Shown here piece by piece: positions 33,864 through 44,589 of a stretch of DNA of 64,000 nucleotides. Made by a program: the position numbers and the translations under genes. The notes below the pieces were generated by a model. That model was not told the origin of the DNA. It saw only the letters and a list, made by a program, of their open reading frames with translations, and ran no database searches. The stretch comes from a bacterium (GTDB taxonomy: Bacteria > Chlamydiota > Chlamydiia > Chlamydiales > SM23-39). The stretch covers positions 70,171 through 134,170 of the forward strand of contig JAJXVT010000001.1 of assembly GCA_021781995.1 (NCBI GenBank), in the 5' to 3' direction. Within the stretch, counting starts at the first letter, position 1, and each line of letters starts with the position of its first letter.

Positions 33864-35864
33864 TCACTGCATACCTGAGAGTGATGTTTTTAGCGACAAT
33901 AGAATTGCAGAGTATGGCGCTAGTGTTACAACCTGTTCTACGATAGGTCCATCTGTTTTAAGATAATTATCCTTCCAATTTTTCTCTGTATTGAGAACTA
34001 GATGATAATCATTTCGAGGCAGAGTAATTTCAATTGGTACAGGATGAGCATTAAAACAAACATAAATAGCTCCAACAGAAAGGGCTACAAGACGAGAATC
34101 ATAGCTCCAATCAGGAGCATTGGGATTTTTTCCATGCCATTGAATGTCTTGAGGATTTGGAGGTGTTGTCAACCTCAGTTCGCTATGATGTTTTCTAAAG
34201 GCTATGAGATCTGACACAAAATTTACGATATGAATATTTTTTTCACATTCATCCCATAAAAACCAATTGAGCTCGTTATCTTGTACATAAGGGTTATTAT
34301 TACCCCTCCGGGTATGTCCATACTCATCTCCCATCAGTAACATAGGAATGCCCTGGGAAAGAAACAAAGCAAGAAGAAAATTTCGCATTTGCCTTTCTCT
34401 TAACAACTCAATATGAACATCTTGCGTTATTCCCTCCACGCCGCAATTCCAGTTGTCATTGTCATTGGCGCCATCTCGATTTTCTTCACCGTTATCTAAA
34501 TTGCGCTTGTGTTGAAAACTAACTAAATCACGCAAACAAAACCCATCGTGAGCTGTAATAAAATTGACACTAGATGTCGGGGTAGTGTGATAAAGAAATT
34601 GCGACCCTGATAGCACAGAGGCAAAAAGACCCGCTTTGCCATTTGTACCTTTCATAAAACGGCGCGTTATATCTCGAAATCTTCCATTCCATTCAGACCA
34701 GGGCCCCCATTTTGCAAACGCTCCAAGCTGATATAGCCCTGCGGCATCCCAAGCTTCTGCTATAAGTTTTAAATGACTCAGCTGAGGATCTTTAGATATG
34801 GCTTCAATCAATGGGGGGTGAGCCATAGGATGCGAGTCGGGTCCTCGTGTTAAGATAGAGGCTAAATCAAAACGAAATCCGTCAACTTGCATTTCAGTTG
34901 CCCAAAACCGTAGACTTTCTAAAATTAGTTGTTGTACAATCGGGTTATTCGCATTAATCGTATTGCCACACCCAGTAAAATTCAGATCGTGAGAATTTGA
35001 ATCCAGCATGTAATAGGTGCCATGGTCAATTCCACGCCAACAAAGCGGCTTTTCTTCTTCTTTTCCTTCTCCTGTATGGTTGTAAACAACATCTAAAATG
35101 ACTTCTATGCCATTTTCGTGCAAAGCGCGGACTAGCTCTTTAAATTCTGTTACAGCTTCTCCAAGTATTGGATTGGAAGCAAAGCTTCTTTTAGGTGAAA
35201 AAAACGAAATTGGTTGATAACCCCAATAATTCAGTAAATGCTGCCCCGTTACCGGATGAACCGAGCGGCTGGAGGTCTCGTCAAATTCATAAATCGGCAT
35301 GAGCTCGACTGCATTTACTCCCAATTTTTTCAAATATGGAATTTTTTCGATCATTGCGCGATACGTACCGGGCTTAGAACATTGAGCTGATGGATGAATT
35401 GTAAAGCCCCGAACGTGCATTTCATAGATAATGAGTTCGTTTGGAGCTATCTGGGGACGCCGACTATTTTTCCAATCAAATTCCTTCGAAATAATAAAAG
35501 GGGATCTAACAGGAGCCATAAAATGACTTTTTCCCCATTCGGGGGAAGCGTCTAAGATTTTTGCAAAAGGATCTGATAACCAACGTGTTGAGGTTTTTTT
35601 TTCGGGTGTTGCTTTTGCGATGACGCTAAGGGCATAAAGAGCATTGGAAGGAATGTTACGCAATCGAATCGACCAATAAGCGTCATCGGAACAGGTCATA
35701 GCGAGCAAAAGATCAGGTTCGCTTTTTTCTGGAGAAAAGAGAGCTACCGACACAGACTCAGCACTTTTAGAGTAAACTGCTAAATTCCAGTCAGAGCCTC
35801 TTTGTGAGAGGCCAAGCGGCGAAATAGAACCGGGAAAAGACTGGACTTGTTGAAAATCGCTCAT
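33864..35864 (-). CDS. glgX: Glycogen debranching enzyme (isoamylase, GH13)
   Basis: YEMHVRGF, NYWGY, DVVYNH, DGFRFDLA, AEAWD and TAHDGF motifs. Confidence 0.95.
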   Translation of the reverse strand: MSDFQQVQSFPGSISPLGLSQRGSDWNLAVYSKSAESVSVALFSPEKSEPDLLLAMTCSDDAYWSIRLRNIPSNALYALSVIAKATPEKKTSTRWLSDPFAKILDASPEWGKSHFMAPVRSPFIISKEFDWKNSRRPQIAPNELIIYEMHVRGFTIHPSAQCSKPGTYRAMIEKIPYLKKLGVNAVELMPIYEFDETSSRSVHPVTGQHLLNYWGYQPISFFSPKRSFASNPILGEAVTEFKELVRALHENGIEVILDVVYNHTGEGKEEEKPLCWRGIDHGTYYMLDSNSHDLNFTGCGNTINANNPIVQQLILESLRFWATEMQVDGFRFDLASILTRGPDSHPMAHPPLIEAISKDPQLSHLKLIAEAWDAAGLYQLGAFAKWGPWSEWNGRFRDITRRFMKGTNGKAGLFASVLSGSQFLYHTTPTSSVNFITAHDGFCLRDLVSFQHKRNLDNGEENRDGANDNDNWNCGVEGITQDVHIELLRERQMRNFLLALFLSQGIPMLLMGDEYGHTRRGNNNPYVQDNELNWFLWDECEKNIHIVNFVSDLIAFRKHHSELRLTTPPNPQDIQWHGKNPNAPDWSYDSRLVALSVGAIYVCFNAHPVPIEITLPRNDYHLVLNTEKNWKDNYLKTDGPIVEQVVTLAPYSAILLSLKTSLSGMQ

Positions 35865-36068
35865 CTCTTTTTCTTTACAGTGTTTAGCTTTTTTGAATCA
35901 ATGAAAGCGATTGTAAAATTGTTTCAGGCAAACGCACTTGCGAAGAACTGAGATTTATGATAAGTTAAGGTGAGTTGGGCGTTTTTTTTGATGATAAGCG
36001 CCGTAAAGCTTTATATTATACTGAGTAACTAATCTCTCAGAATATTGAAAATCCATTAGGAGGAAACA

Positions 36069-36590
36069 ATGTCCTTTGAAAATGCCAAGGCAAACCTGCG
36101 TGAATTTGGCAAAGAATTGAATTTAGAGGGGCTAGATTTTGACGAAAACAATACTTGTATTCTCGGAATCGACAACGCTTTTTCTTTGCATATTACCTAC
36201 GAGCCTAACTCAGATCGCCTGTACCTGTATTCACCAGTACTAGATGGCCTCCCAAAGGATGATCGCATCCGCTTGAAGCTCTATGAAAGACTGATGGAAG
36301 GTTCCATGCTCGGCGGTCAAATGGCGGGCGGTGGCGTTGGAGTGGCCTTGAAAGAAGAGTTGATTTTGATGCACTGCGTTATTGACATGGGTCTAGGAGT
36401 TGAAGCTTCTGCCCTTCGTAGATTCGCAGCCCTTTTCGTTGAAACAGTGGAAAAATGGCGCGAAATTGTTACTAAAATTTGCGCTGGCGAAGAACCTGGG
36501 CCATTCCAGCTTCCTACGCCTCAACAAGCTCACCCTTCTCAGCAACAACCAGTCGGCGGAAAACCCGGCGAACGATACATCAAAATTTAA
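36069..36590 (+). CDS. slc1: Type III secretion effector chaperone (CesT/SycE-like; Slc1/CT043 homolog)
   Basis: Matches the chlamydial Slc1 pattern FDENNTCIL...SLHITYE...LYERLMEGSMLGGQMAGGGVGVA; adjacent to glgX as in Chlamydia. Confidence 0.85.
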   Translation: MSFENAKANLREFGKELNLEGLDFDENNTCILGIDNAFSLHITYEPNSDRLYLYSPVLDGLPKDDRIRLKLYERLMEGSMLGGQMAGGGVGVALKEELILMHCVIDMGLGVEASALRRFAALFVETVEKWREIVTKICAGEEPGPFQLPTPQQAHPSQQQPVGGKPGERYIKI

Positions 36591-36629
36591 TTTTTTTGGG
36601 CGGATAATTTCGTTATTCCGCCCTAAAAG
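36591..36629. terminator. Probable intrinsic terminator between convergent slc1 and dnaA
   Basis: GGGCGGATAAT-TTCG-TTATTCCGCCC hairpin flanked by T and A runs. Confidence 0.6.
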
Positions 36630-36664
36630 GGCGGGGCTTATAGCCCTATTTTATTCAAGTTAAT

Positions 36665-37927
36665 TTAACTTTTTTGCGTAGCACGACCAATTGCCTCAAT
36701 TAGATCGGGATCTTTGGCTTCAATACCTTTTTCAATGAGCTTGACGCTAGACATAACGGTCGAGTGGTCTCTTCCAAAATATTTTCCAATTGCTTGAAAT
36801 GGCCATTTTAAAAAATGGCGGAATAGATACATGGCCACTTGCCGGGGTTGGGCAAATTCGCGGGATTGTGCTTTTCCTATTAGATCTTCTGAAGCAATGC
36901 CAAAATGAGCGCTGACAGTTTTGATTAGAGCTTCTGGGGTTGGTAGTTCAGATTTTTTAATATCGGCGAGTAATTCGGCGGCCATTTCCGGGGTTACCAC
37001 AGTTGTTGTTTGGGTTCGGATGACCAAGGCTTGCAAAGCGGTAATGGGGTCTGAGGAAAAGTGAGTGCATAGAAAATCTTGTAGAGCTGATGAGAGCTCA
37101 AAATGCCAAAGATTCGCTTTTTTTTCTATAATTTCCTTCATGGATACTGATGTAAGCGGGGTGGAAATTCCCCATTCAAAGCGCGAAACTAGACGTGGTT
37201 CTATTTCTTTCAGTTTAAATGGGGGAAGGTGACTGGCTAGAATGATTTGTTTTCCCGCGGTGTGTAAAGTATTAAAAGTATGAAAGAACTCTTCCTGTGT
37301 AGCATTTTTGGCTGCGAGTTGATCGACATCATCAACGAGTAGAAGATCAATGTCGCGATATGCATTGCGGAAGCGATGCATTTGGCCTGCGCGGATCGCA
37401 GCAACAACATGGTCGGTAAATGTTTGGGTGTGTACATAGCGGGCTCGAACGCCTTGTTGCGTAAAATGTGTTGCTGCTGCCATTAGAAGGTGTGTTTTCC
37501 CAGAACCATGAGCCCCGTATAAATAGATGGGGTTAAAAAGAATCGAAGGACTTTCGAAAAGCAATTTATATGCCATCACATTCCCACTTTGAAGAATAAA
37601 TTGTTCTCGTATAGCACTAGGATCTAACGAGTCTGGATAAAAATTGATGATAGGTAGGGGAGATGGGGAACTGGCGGGCTTAGCTAATTGATTTTCTTTA
37701 GTTTCTAGATGTACGCGTATGGGACGGAAATTTGAATTGATAAAAGAGTTTTTTAGACGATGACGTACATGTTCTTCAAACCAGGAAGCAGCCATTGGAT
37801 CGGGCGCTTCTAAATACAAATTTGCAGCATCGAATCTCGCCACTTTTAAAGGTCGGATCCACTTGTCCACAGGAGCAGCTCCTAATTGCTGCTCCAAATG
37901 CGACAAAAAGTTTTCCCACTCTTTCAA
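36665..37927 (-). CDS. dnaA: Chromosomal replication initiator DnaA (chlamydial paralog next to yidC)
   Basis: FNPIYLYGAHGSGKTHL, LLVDD, QEEFFHTFN, SRFEWG and GRDHSTV motifs. Confidence 0.95.
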   Translation of the reverse strand: MKEWENFLSHLEQQLGAAPVDKWIRPLKVARFDAANLYLEAPDPMAASWFEEHVRHRLKNSFINSNFRPIRVHLETKENQLAKPASSPSPLPIINFYPDSLDPSAIREQFILQSGNVMAYKLLFESPSILFNPIYLYGAHGSGKTHLLMAAATHFTQQGVRARYVHTQTFTDHVVAAIRAGQMHRFRNAYRDIDLLLVDDVDQLAAKNATQEEFFHTFNTLHTAGKQIILASHLPPFKLKEIEPRLVSRFEWGISTPLTSVSMKEIIEKKANLWHFELSSALQDFLCTHFSSDPITALQALVIRTQTTTVVTPEMAAELLADIKKSELPTPEALIKTVSAHFGIASEDLIGKAQSREFAQPRQVAMYLFRHFLKWPFQAIGKYFGRDHSTVMSSVKLIEKGIEAKDPDLIEAIGRATQKS

Positions 37928-37928
37928 A

Positions 37929-39803
37929 TTATCCCTTCAATTTTGATGTAAGCCATTTTTGTTGTGCGATTCCAAGCAAGGTAGAAAACATGAAGTAAAT
38001 ATTCAGCCCTGAAGGAAAACCATAAAACATCGCAGTAAATACGACAGACATCATTGTACCCATCATTTTTTGCTGTTGCTCTGCTTCAGTGAGTTGAGAT
38101 GGATCTTTCGGTGTTTTTTGCGTCATTTTTCCTTGAATGTACATGACAACACCTGTGAGAATTGGCAATAAATGAAACTGATTACCGATAATCCAAAGTG
38201 GTTGACCCCAACTAAAAAGAACATCTGGTGCAGCTAAATTGTCGATCCACCCCGAGATAAAGGGGGCGCCACGTAGGGGAAAACTCGATTTGAGCATATA
38301 AAACATGCCAAAAAGAAACGGCATTTGCAGAAGCATCGGAAGGCAGCCAGAAAATGGATTTACGCCAGCTTCTCTGTAGAGGTTCATGATTTCCATTTGA
38401 CCTCTTTTGGGATCGCTTTTGTATCTATCTTGCAGCGCTTTGATCTTTGGCGCAACTTCTTGCATTTTTACCGTGGATCGAATAGACCAATTATTCAAAG
38501 GGTACATCATAGCTCGAAGTGTTATAGTGAGCAAAACGATAGATATAGCCCAAGATCTGCTGATCAAGTAAAATAGCTGCATCAATAGAAATAAAAATTT
38601 TGAAAATGGTTGAGAAATAAAGGAAAACCATCCTTGAATGGATATGGCAAGCGAATATTCGGGGTTGTAATTTTTAGATGGTTCTTCATAAAGAGCGTCG
38701 AGATCACTAAGCAAAGCGCCATCATACGGGCCGGCAAAAATACGAAATTTCGTCAAGCCGCTTTTCAAGGGCAGCGCAGTAGTATAAGCAGGGTAGTTTG
38801 CTGCGGGATATAGGTCGTATGCGTGATCGATGATGCTTAAACGGGTTGGGACGACGGCTCCGGGAATCATTTGAACTTTATAACCAACTCCAATTTTGCT
38901 TAAAGGGTCGACTATCAGGCCTAAAAATCCGTTGCAATTGCTGATCCAATAAGGACTGACGTTTTGATCGATACGGCCTTGTTCGTCGGGAAGTTTGATC
39001 TCTTCTACTTCAGCGCCGTTTGGTTTTTTAAGTTGGTATTTAAGTTGAGGGACGTAAGAGCCTCCTACAATTTCGACGTCGGGCACTCCAGATGAAAGCC
39101 ATAAACCCTCTCCTTCGCCGTCAACTTGAATTTGTAATTCTAAGCAATAAGGTCCGTTGCGCTCTTGGGGTACGCTATAAGTTTTGGAGATTCTTCGTCC
39201 TGCAACAGTTCCTTCAAAGCGAATTTGATTTTGAGAAAATTCTGCAACACTAAAACGAGTATTGGCGCTGCCGGTTTGATCGGCAGTGATGTTGAAAGCG
39301 TAATATTGAGGGGAAATGGATGTGGTTTCATTGCCTTCAACATCTAAAATTGGGCGGCGAAGCAGGGGATAGTAGCCGCCGAGAAATCCTTCAGAACGAA
39401 CAGTGTCGCGGCCGTCTATAATCGCGTGATATGGGCGAAGGGGGAAGCGAGAGTTTTGAGGGGATTGAGACAAAATGCTTCGATCGATGTCAATTTCTTT
39501 TACGATGCTTTGAGAATCGCGGCTGGATTGAAAGGGGAGATTGATTTCAGCAAGAGCGCCGCCTTTGGTGGAAAATACCAATTGTTGATAATCGTTTTCA
39601 AGGACATAAAATTCTTCATCTCCGGTGGACGCTGTCGCAACTGTCTGTTGCTGCGCAATTTCAGGGATGGGACGACTGATTGGCTCAGCCATTGATATTT
39701 CGTTGACTGATTGCGGATCGCCTCTCCAAAGATCGAAAACAGTTTGAATTGCATAAAATGACAAGCTTACAGCAATGACGAAGGTCAGTGATCTTTTATC
39801 CAT
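37929..39803 (-). CDS. yidC: Membrane protein insertase YidC
   Basis: MDKR N-terminal TM, FAGP, GCLPMLLQMP and WIDNLAAPD motifs. Confidence 0.95.
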   Translation of the reverse strand: MDKRSLTFVIAVSLSFYAIQTVFDLWRGDPQSVNEISMAEPISRPIPEIAQQQTVATASTGDEEFYVLENDYQQLVFSTKGGALAEINLPFQSSRDSQSIVKEIDIDRSILSQSPQNSRFPLRPYHAIIDGRDTVRSEGFLGGYYPLLRRPILDVEGNETTSISPQYYAFNITADQTGSANTRFSVAEFSQNQIRFEGTVAGRRISKTYSVPQERNGPYCLELQIQVDGEGEGLWLSSGVPDVEIVGGSYVPQLKYQLKKPNGAEVEEIKLPDEQGRIDQNVSPYWISNCNGFLGLIVDPLSKIGVGYKVQMIPGAVVPTRLSIIDHAYDLYPAANYPAYTTALPLKSGLTKFRIFAGPYDGALLSDLDALYEEPSKNYNPEYSLAISIQGWFSFISQPFSKFLFLLMQLFYLISRSWAISIVLLTITLRAMMYPLNNWSIRSTVKMQEVAPKIKALQDRYKSDPKRGQMEIMNLYREAGVNPFSGCLPMLLQMPFLFGMFYMLKSSFPLRGAPFISGWIDNLAAPDVLFSWGQPLWIIGNQFHLLPILTGVVMYIQGKMTQKTPKDPSQLTEAEQQQKMMGTMMSVVFTAMFYGFPSGLNIYFMFSTLLGIAQQKWLTSKLKG

Positions 39804-39926
39804 TTTTAGTCTCTCTTAAGGTAGGTACATAGTAGCAGGTTCTACGAAAGATGTACACATAGAAAATGGTTCTAGTCAATTTGACTAACCTGGTACACTT
39901 GCTTTTCGTAAAAAAATGGGTTTAAC

Positions 39927-42443
39927 ATGTATTTAAGGGATCTCCCAACAGATGCCGTTGTCCATGTAGCTAGTTTTCTGTTGCCTCGTGAGGCGATTTC
40001 TTTCATTCATTGTGTCAACTCAGGTGCTCATTCAAATTGGCTATCGAATCGTCAAAAATTGAAGGCGAGAGCAGATTGTGCTTTGGATGCAATTGCAGCA
40101 GTGCAGCGATCTCTTGAATCGATGGCTCGCCGGGCGTTCCCTCAAGTTATATTCCATCTTAATTTGAGCGATAAAATGTCTTTTTTTTCTCCTCTGCGCA
40201 GTTCCTGTGTGATTGCTCAATTGTATTATGATTTAAGAGCAGTTCGCAATACGCGTCGAGAAGATGCAGGCTTATTTCATTTTGCCATGCAGATGGTTCG
40301 TTTAGATCGGATTCCAGAGGCTCTTAGCGCATCGAGGGACATTCGATCTTTGCGCGGAATTGACGGGGTTTATGCTTTGGAGACTCTTTCTGCTTTATCA
40401 TCTATTACGCCGGAAAATGTTCTGGGGGCGGCGTGGCACATACCAGATCGGGCAGTGGAGGAATTGCTGGCTCGGGGACGTGTCGAGATCGCTTTGCAGA
40501 TGATTTTGCAGATCGAAAAACAATCTTTAAGAGAGTCGATTTTTGAACGGCGAATGATTCCGTATCTGGTTGAAACAAGACGTTTTGATGCTCTTTTAGA
40601 GTTAAGGCCGCACCTGCAGCCGAGATTACGGGATCGTATTCATCAATATATCGGGCTGGAATGTGCCGTTCAACGTGTGTTTTCCGAAGCTATTGTATGG
40701 ATTGAATTGATCGAAAATGACGCTCTTCGCCGAAACTCTTATGCTCAAATGCGAAATAAAGTATTCAGAATACCTGAGTTTTTTAATTCTGTTTTTGTTT
40801 TAGAGGCTATTTCTAGAGATGAGGAGCGTTTGTGGTTTTATCGATCTGTATGTAAGACTATGATGAGTTGCGAAGATAGAGAAGAGGTCTTTTACGGAGC
40901 TGTTAGGCAGATTGCAAATCGACAAGAGCGTGACCTTTGGATTTGTAGATCTTGGATTCCCGCATTGATTTCTCTTCAATCTTGGGGAATGGTCGCGGTA
41001 TTGGAAAGGCAAGTGTTTTCAATAGTTAAATTGAGGAGCTTGTATCGAGAATTGATTGTGCCTCAAATGAGTGAGTTGGCATCTTTGGCTCGCTCTAGCG
41101 CTGCCCGTGAGCGATTAGCGAAATTCGAGCGGCTTGGCGTGTATCTAGACGGGCTGTCCATGCGCATTTGCGAACAGTTAATTCCAGAACAAAATTTAGC
41201 ACTTGCCTTAGAAATGCTAGAGGATGTTGTGCATCCACCTCTTGGTAACTTAATTTGTTTTGAAATAGCAAAAGCGGCTTTAGCAGATAATGATCTTCGT
41301 TTTCTTTGCGATTGCATTGAACGAATGAGCGTCCCGTATGAACGAAAGGGCTTTTTTTTAAAAGAACTAATTCCTCATTTTTTAAGACAAGATGCGCTAA
41401 ATTTGCTTGGGCAATGTATGAATTTCGTAGAACAGGAAGTGCGAAACCAAATAATTAAAGATATGATTGTTCCATTTTTAATTGCGCAGCAGAGGTGGGG
41501 GGAAGCTTGTTTTGAAGCTGAGCAAATCTCTGATGGGTTTATGAAAGATGTGGTTTTCGCCAAGGACATTATCCCAGCGCTTGCTGCTGCCGGTCAATTA
41601 GAAACGATGTGTAATGCGGCCAGGCAAATCGTGCAAATCCCCGCGCGCAATGTGGTTATTGCAGATATTGTTGTGCCCAATTTAATTCAAAGTGGAAATA
41701 TGCAGCAAGCGGAGGAATGGACTGCTATTGTTATAGATCGAAATACGCGCGATATTTGCTACGGTTTTCTGTTAACCGCTAGGTTAGAGCGCCGAGAGAT
41801 TCGCGAAGTTTTAAGAGTTTTTTCTTTGATCAATAATCGAATGCTGCGAATCGATACGTTAGCTCCGGCTTTAGTCAATCATGAACATTTAGAAGATGTT
41901 TTGTCTATTGCACGAAGTATAGCTCAAACCGATGACTCTGTATTTATGCTTAGGCAAATTAGCGATGCTTTTATGTTAGCAGCTAAATTAGAACAAGCCA
42001 GGGAAGTAGCAAGATGTATTTTACAAGAAGATGAGAGGAATAATGTATTGGCAGAACTAGAAAATCATCCGGCGCGCGCTCATCATTATCGCCAGATCTT
42101 AATTCCTAATTTAATACACGCAATGCAACATGATAGAGCGTTAACTTTTGCCAATTTGATTGCTCCAGGGCCTGTGCAAGATGAGACAAGAGAATATATC
42201 ATTGCCGATTGTATGATGCGAAGGCTCTGGGATACGGCTGCTTCTGCAGCTATGGGCATCACGGCAGAGGCAAAAAGAGATCGAATTTATAAAAGAATAG
42301 CCGCCCGTTGTATTTTATATGCGGAATTTGATCGGGCTTTCGGGGTTTCTCAAAGAATAGTTAATGTTGATTTGCGAACTCATGTTCGTCATAGAATCAC
42401 ATTGATTGCTTTAGTTGTGCAGAACGCTCGTTTTACGCGTTAA
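39927..42443 (+). CDS. F-box-like N-terminus plus alpha-helical repeat protein (candidate effector)
   Basis: N-terminus LRDLPTDAVVHVASFL; recurring helical units with IVP/LIP...A...I...R. Confidence 0.6.
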   Translation: MYLRDLPTDAVVHVASFLLPREAISFIHCVNSGAHSNWLSNRQKLKARADCALDAIAAVQRSLESMARRAFPQVIFHLNLSDKMSFFSPLRSSCVIAQLYYDLRAVRNTRREDAGLFHFAMQMVRLDRIPEALSASRDIRSLRGIDGVYALETLSALSSITPENVLGAAWHIPDRAVEELLARGRVEIALQMILQIEKQSLRESIFERRMIPYLVETRRFDALLELRPHLQPRLRDRIHQYIGLECAVQRVFSEAIVWIELIENDALRRNSYAQMRNKVFRIPEFFNSVFVLEAISRDEERLWFYRSVCKTMMSCEDREEVFYGAVRQIANRQERDLWICRSWIPALISLQSWGMVAVLERQVFSIVKLRSLYRELIVPQMSELASLARSSAARERLAKFERLGVYLDGLSMRICEQLIPEQNLALALEMLEDVVHPPLGNLICFEIAKAALADNDLRFLCDCIERMSVPYERKGFFLKELIPHFLRQDALNLLGQCMNFVEQEVRNQIIKDMIVPFLIAQQRWGEACFEAEQISDGFMKDVVFAKDIIPALAAAGQLETMCNAARQIVQIPARNVVIADIVVPNLIQSGNMQQAEEWTAIVIDRNTRDICYGFLLTARLERREIREVLRVFSLINNRMLRIDTLAPALVNHEHLEDVLSIARSIAQTDDSVFMLRQISDAFMLAAKLEQAREVARCILQEDERNNVLAELENHPARAHHYRQILIPNLIHAMQHDRALTFANLIAPGPVQDETREYIIADCMMRRLWDTAASAAMGITAEAKRDRIYKRIAARCILYAEFDRAFGVSQRIVNVDLRTHVRHRITLIALVVQNARFTR

Positions 42444-42452
42444 CAAGAGAGT

Positions 42453-44525
42453 TTACTGTTCGCGAGTTTGGATTTTTTCTTCAAGGGCTGTAATGAATTG
42501 AAGAAAAAGATCTGTAGAGCGAAGGTTGTCTAGCCAATCATCTTCTAAAAGCTCTTCCATCGAAGGCAATGCTCGCGCCGAGAGGGCTTGATAAATGAAG
42601 GACATGGATTCTTGTGTTCTTCCTAAAATGGAATAAAGGCAGGCTAAATTATAATATGCAAAGCAGTTGCCTAGCTGGCCTGCTTTGAGCAATTTTCTTT
42701 CTGCATCGAGGTAGAGTTGATCCATGAACACATTGTCTATAGTGTGATGAGCTAAATGGATTAGGCACAATCCCCATTCTAGCCAGAGCGCTTCATTTTC
42801 TTCGTCCTGACGCGCAGCCAATCTAAAAGATTGGATAGCTTTGCGATAATATTCAGGTTCAGTGCTTAGATGGCCGCATTGCATCGTGCAAAGAGCCATG
42901 CGTAAATGGAGTTTGGGGAAGTCGGGATCGATTAATAAAACGTGGGAAAACGCTTCTAAGGCTTTGAGTAGGTCTTTGTCTTCTCCGGAGTATTCTCCTA
43001 GCCATTCTAGGGCGCAGCCGTATTCGAAAATCCATTCTGGGTGATGTAAAAGCGCCGCTCTATGATTTTGCAGTAGCGATTCAAATAAAATAATCGCTTG
43101 ATCTAGAGCTGAGGAATCGTCGATGGCTTCGCTATAGTGTAAAAAGGCTGCTGCGGTGTCGAAAATAAGTGGAGGGCAAGAGGGTTTAAGGTCCATGGCT
43201 TTGGCCAGAAAACGAGGTGCTCGCTCGATCATAATCGCATCATCGGTAAGATCGGCTGCGTGTTTATGGGCCAGACCGAGTGCATGCCAAATTTCTGCGT
43301 TGGTCCTATCTAAAGAAAGCCCATATTGCAGTTTTTCTATAGCGAGGTGATCGTACTCAGCATCTTCATAGTATTGAGCAAAGCTCATGCAGCAAATGCC
43401 ATGGGCATACCATAGATCCGGATCGTCAGGAAACAGGTCTGTGGCCTTTAAAATTTTTTGCTCAGCTTCGACGATAAGATCTAGGCGATTTGTTTGTGCG
43501 CCAAGATATGAGAGCGATTCGACCCACTGCGCCATGATTGCACTGTCTTTGGGCGCTAAACTGGCTGCTCTGGCGCACTTTTCAATGCTTGAAATGAGCG
43601 CTTTATGATCTTTATTTAACCGCCCTGTTTCAGCGAGTAGTTGCGCCCAGGAAAGCCATATATCGGCGTCGGCAGGTTGGAGGCGGACAGCTTTTGCATA
43701 ACAATCAAATGCTTTTTCGGCATATCGGCCATCTTGAGAATTTAAATACAGCTGCGCGTAGCTTTCAGCCAATGCAATCCGACCGTCAAAATAATTTTCC
43801 ATTTTTTCAACGCTGCGCTGCAGCATTTCCACTGCTTTTACGAGATAGCGCGTGTCGTTGATCAAAAGCCCAAGCTCTAGGTAAGCATTTCCATAATCAT
43901 GCCAAAATTCTGCTTGAACGTCCGGATTTAGGGTCAGGGACTGTTCAAACGCACAAATGGCTAGATGAAGGTCTAAAGCCTCGCCTGAATGTGTGGCTAA
44001 TTCGGTCCAGACGATGCCATAATCCCAATGTAGCTCGGCTAACACTGAATCTGGCTGGCCTTCGCTCATGCGAAGAGCTTTTTGATATTTGCTTTGGGCT
44101 TCTAAATGAAAATGGTGTTCTTCATGAAAGCGCCCGAGCTGAAGAAGAACATTGCCCCAAGCGACCCATGCATCAAATAGGGTAGGCTCTAGTTGGGTGG
44201 CAATCTTAAAATGTTTACTTGCCAAAAGGAGGGCCTTTTCTTTTCCTTCCTCTGATCCATATTCAAAAAAGGCGAGTCCTTGCCTGTACCAGATACGCGG
44301 ATTTTCGGGCCATAAATTGGCAGATGTTTCAAATAAAGAAAGGGCTGTTAGATTGCCTTGAAGGAGCGCAAGTTCCCCTTGAGCAATGGTTTGCAGTGCC
44401 AAATCTTTTTTTTCCTGATCGGACAAGTGGTTCCAAGTCTTGGGTTCAGATCCGAGGGCAGCTGTGGCTGCCTTGCGGGGGAAGAAGCGGTAGAAGATGC
44501 GTCGCAGTGACAATGTCTCTGGCAT
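42453..44525 (-). CDS. Tetratricopeptide-repeat protein
   Basis: Many W..G..L/A...P TPR units and a terminal AYYNLACLYS repeat. Confidence 0.85.
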   Translation of the reverse strand: MPETLSLRRIFYRFFPRKAATAALGSEPKTWNHLSDQEKKDLALQTIAQGELALLQGNLTALSLFETSANLWPENPRIWYRQGLAFFEYGSEEGKEKALLLASKHFKIATQLEPTLFDAWVAWGNVLLQLGRFHEEHHFHLEAQSKYQKALRMSEGQPDSVLAELHWDYGIVWTELATHSGEALDLHLAICAFEQSLTLNPDVQAEFWHDYGNAYLELGLLINDTRYLVKAVEMLQRSVEKMENYFDGRIALAESYAQLYLNSQDGRYAEKAFDCYAKAVRLQPADADIWLSWAQLLAETGRLNKDHKALISSIEKCARAASLAPKDSAIMAQWVESLSYLGAQTNRLDLIVEAEQKILKATDLFPDDPDLWYAHGICCMSFAQYYEDAEYDHLAIEKLQYGLSLDRTNAEIWHALGLAHKHAADLTDDAIMIERAPRFLAKAMDLKPSCPPLIFDTAAAFLHYSEAIDDSSALDQAIILFESLLQNHRAALLHHPEWIFEYGCALEWLGEYSGEDKDLLKALEAFSHVLLIDPDFPKLHLRMALCTMQCGHLSTEPEYYRKAIQSFRLAARQDEENEALWLEWGLCLIHLAHHTIDNVFMDQLYLDAERKLLKAGQLGNCFAYYNLACLYSILGRTQESMSFIYQALSARALPSMEELLEDDWLDNLRSTDLFLQFITALEEKIQTREQ

Positions 44526-44589
44526 CGAGTTTCCTCCGAGGAATGGAGCGGATTATAAAACAAGGCCGTTTTTTTGCCCAGGTTGTATC

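Noticed and set aside
36591..39926. Replication origin near dnaA
   Set aside because: No DnaA-box cluster and no sizeable intergenic region; chlamydial oriC is not linked to dnaA.
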